Assembly: GCA_043754535.1 (NCBI GenBank)
Contig: JAYUUN010000128.1
Coordinates: 1-45,099 of the forward strand
DNA: 45,099 nt
Direction: 5' to 3'
Source: Chloroflexota bacterium
GTDB taxonomy: Bacteria > Chloroflexota > Chloroflexia > QHBQ01
Positions 43,235-45,099 of this stretch are shown here, in pieces. A model generated the notes under the pieces. That model did not search any database. It saw only the letters and a list, made by a program, of their open reading frames with translations, and had not been told where the DNA came from. The stretch's first letter is position 1. Each line of letters starts with the position of its first letter. A program made the position numbers and the translations under genes.

Positions 43235-43492
43235 ATGACAATGAACTTGCTAAAGATGACATTGGTGATGGCAGTTATGGGGCTGATGGTAGTGGTTCTG
43301 CTGGCTGGGCTGGGCGAGTTCCCGGCTGCGACAGACGTAGGCAGCTACCCAGCGTCTGCCCCGCTGCTAGCTCAACCGCAAGCCGAGAATGGGGAAGCCA
43401 CTCGCCTCCACCGCAAGCAGGGCAAGATTGAGATGCACGTTTACCCCGGTGGCCCTACCACGAGCGACAGTAACACCAACCACAGCAGGTAG
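43235..43492 (+). CDS. Small exported or membrane-anchored hypothetical protein (85 aa)
   Basis: N-terminal hydrophobic helix, own promoter, purine-rich RBS; no family recognised. Confidence 0.55.
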   Translation: MTMNLLKMTLVMAVMGLMVVVLLAGLGEFPAATDVGSYPASAPLLAQPQAENGEATRLHRKQGKIEMHVYPGGPTTSDSNTNHSR

Positions 43493-43552
43493 TTAGCTTG
43501 CAGCAAGGGAGAGGCTGCGGCTAGCTATGGCCCCGTTGCTTTGCCGCTTGCC

Positions 43553-44236
43553 CTACTTGCGGCCTACTACCATGTATACCGGGTCGTTCTGCGGGGCTAG
43601 CCAGCTACGCAGCCTACCACCCGCCGCTGCTTCGTCCTTGCGGATGATAGCGCGCACCTCGCTGTAGCCAACCGCGTGCTGGAAGTAGTCTTCTACCAGC
43701 GTAACCCGCTGCTCCTCGCTCAGACCGCGCCAGACCGCCACTGCCTTCGTCGGGAACATCCGATTGCTGAAGGCGACGATGTGCTGACCGCCCGGCTTCA
43801 GCACCCGCTGCACCTCGCGGAACACCTCGATGGGCCGGGTGAGATATTGCACAGAGACGGTGTTTGTCACCGCATCAAAGTAGTTGTCGCCAAACGCCAA
43901 CGTGGGGTTCTGGTTGAGGTTTTGCACCACGTAACGGTCTAGCACCGGGTTTTCGCGCAACTCCACCTCGTTCATGCCGTGGCCGACGATCTCGTGCTTG
44001 CTCTGCACCAGCCCTGCCGGGTAGTGCGACCGCCAGCTACTCATCAGGTCGAGGATGGTTGCACCGGGAGGGATTAGCTCGGCGTAAAGCTGGCCGATGG
44101 TCGCCCGCGCGTGTTCGTCGATGTGGACGACCAGGCGCGGGCTGCTATAGAAGCGGTCGTCCAGGCTCTCGTCCTCGCGGGCGAAGTATGTGGGTGGATA
44201 GTAGTTCGGGTTGTCGCCAATTTGCTGCTCTGCCAT
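43553..44236 (-). CDS. Class I SAM-dependent methyltransferase-like protein
   Basis: F.R.DES.D..FY..PRLVVHID, ILDLMSSWRSH, GMNEVEL..N, VSVQYL, RVLKPGG, FSNRMFPTKA; ATG 44236 after GGAGGAG. Confidence 0.88.
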   Translation of the reverse strand: MAEQQIGDNPNYYPPTYFAREDESLDDRFYSSPRLVVHIDEHARATIGQLYAELIPPGATILDLMSSWRSHYPAGLVQSKHEIVGHGMNEVELRENPVLDRYVVQNLNQNPTLAFGDNYFDAVTNTVSVQYLTRPIEVFREVQRVLKPGGQHIVAFSNRMFPTKAVAVWRGLSEEQRVTLVEDYFQHAVGYSEVRAIIRKDEAAAGGRLRSWLAPQNDPVYMVVGRK

Positions 44237-44567
44237 TGTAGTCTCCTCCAAAGGGGTAAGCCTTGCTTCAGTCGCCCCTTGAACCTAGCAGAATACGTAC
44301 CAGAGTGGCTGGCTGACGGCAGGCGAAGGGGCCTACTCGTGCTACTTGCCTGCGGTGGGGTAGCTGGCACGCACGCTTCGAAGTCGGCGGGTGGCTGGAT
44401 GTCGAAGTTAGCATCAGGCGCATTAGACGGGTAAACCCTATTCATTTGCGCATTACCCTCCCCCTTCGCGCACAATCCTGCCAACCAACCCGCTGCTGTG
44501 CTATAATCATGCCGCAACGCAGCGGCCTGCTATTATAATGCAAGCGAAGAAGGGATTCCAAAACTCA

Positions 44568-45099
44568 ATGGAGAGCAACAACAGCAACGGTGCAAACAGT
44601 GGTAACCTGCAACAGCCGTTTATAGGCATTGCTATGGCTCGCTTCGACAGCGGCGAGACCCGCACCGAGCGAGACCCGCTGGGCGAGAAGCAAGTGCCGG
44701 TCGGCGCACTTTACGGCGTGCAGTCGGCCCGCGCCCGCGAGAACTTCAATATTAGCGGTCTCGGCCCCCACCCCGCCTTTATCCGCGCCACCGTGACGGT
44801 CAAGAAGGCAGCGGCAATGGCGAACGCTAGCACAGGCCGCCTACCCCAGGCGAAGGCTGATGCTATCATCGCCGCCGCCGACGAAATCCTCGCTGGGCAA
44901 CACCTCGAACACTTTGTCGTAGACGTGTTCCAGGCGGGGGCTGGCACCTCACACAACATGAACAGCAACGAAGTGCTGGCGAACAGAGCTATCGAACTGC
45001 TCGGCGGCCAGCGCGGTGACTACAAGCTGATCCACCCCAATGACGACGTGAACATGGCTCAGAGTACCAACGATGTAATTCCCACTAGCATGAAGATTG
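44568..45099 (+). CDS. aspA: Aspartate ammonia-lyase (fumarase/aspartase family), 5' part, runs off the window end
   Basis: Hand translation (not in ORF track): [27 protein letters not shown] ... [23 protein letters not shown] ... [18 protein letters not shown]; exact start uncertain. Confidence 0.85.
   Translation, partial: MESNNSNGANSGNLQQPFIGIAMARFDSGETRTERDPLGEKQVPVGALYGVQSARARENFNISGLGPHPAFIRATVTVKKAAAMANASTGRLPQAKADAIIAAADEILAGQHLEHFVVDVFQAGAGTSHNMNSNEVLANRAIELLGGQRGDYKLIHPNDDVNMAQSTNDVIPTSMKI

Noticed and set aside
44074..44517. 147-aa minus-strand ORF upstream of the methyltransferase
   Set aside because: Overlaps the methyltransferase out of frame and the aspA promoter; low-complexity, no motifs.
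1..45099. CRISPR array, tRNA/rRNA, IS/integrase, prophage, diversity-generating retroelement, defence island
   Set aside because: No regularly spaced repeats, cloverleafs, transposase, recombinase, reverse transcriptase or phage genes seen by eye; short ncRNAs could be missed without Infernal or tRNAscan.

Overview
GC-rich bacterial chromosomal window (about 60-65% GC by eye). Gene content and protein style (Cys-containing SLH repeats, Tad minor pilins, GH57 lipoprotein, RodA/amidase, PatA-like DUF4388 protein) point to Chloroflexota; this is an inference. About 34 CDS. Left part: OmpR regulator + hybrid REC-GAF-PAS kinase, AlkA, a DTD-motif bacteriorhodopsin-like opsin, GNAT + NSAR/OSBS, GT87, mutL, amidase, rodA-like, mtnP, MFS + tandem BltD-like GNAT, an orphan duplicated ABC permease, GH57 amylopullulanase. 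Right part: a large SLH surface protein, a tadE-tadE-tadG cassette, hisS, a signalling cluster (DUF4388 protein, GAF kinase, GAF-HD-GYP, stand-alone cNMP-binding protein coupled to a thioesterase), YugP-like peptidase, crtI, aroA, a methyltransferase and the 5' part of aspA. I recognised no rRNA, tRNA, CRISPR, transposase, integrase or known riboswitch. Most interesting signals: (1) an opsin with the full BR proton-pump residue set, behind a perfect sigma70 promoter overlapped by four 11-bp-phased repeats resembling a CarH/LitR operator; (2) a candidate cyclic-nucleotide signalling cluster near the Tad pilin/SLH surface genes; (3) an 11-bp-phased GGTAAGG direct repeat shared by the OmpR gene and a small unknown exported-protein gene 40 kb away; (4) a long attenuator-like leader on an ATPase-less permease. 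All calls come from motif reading by eye; no searches were run.
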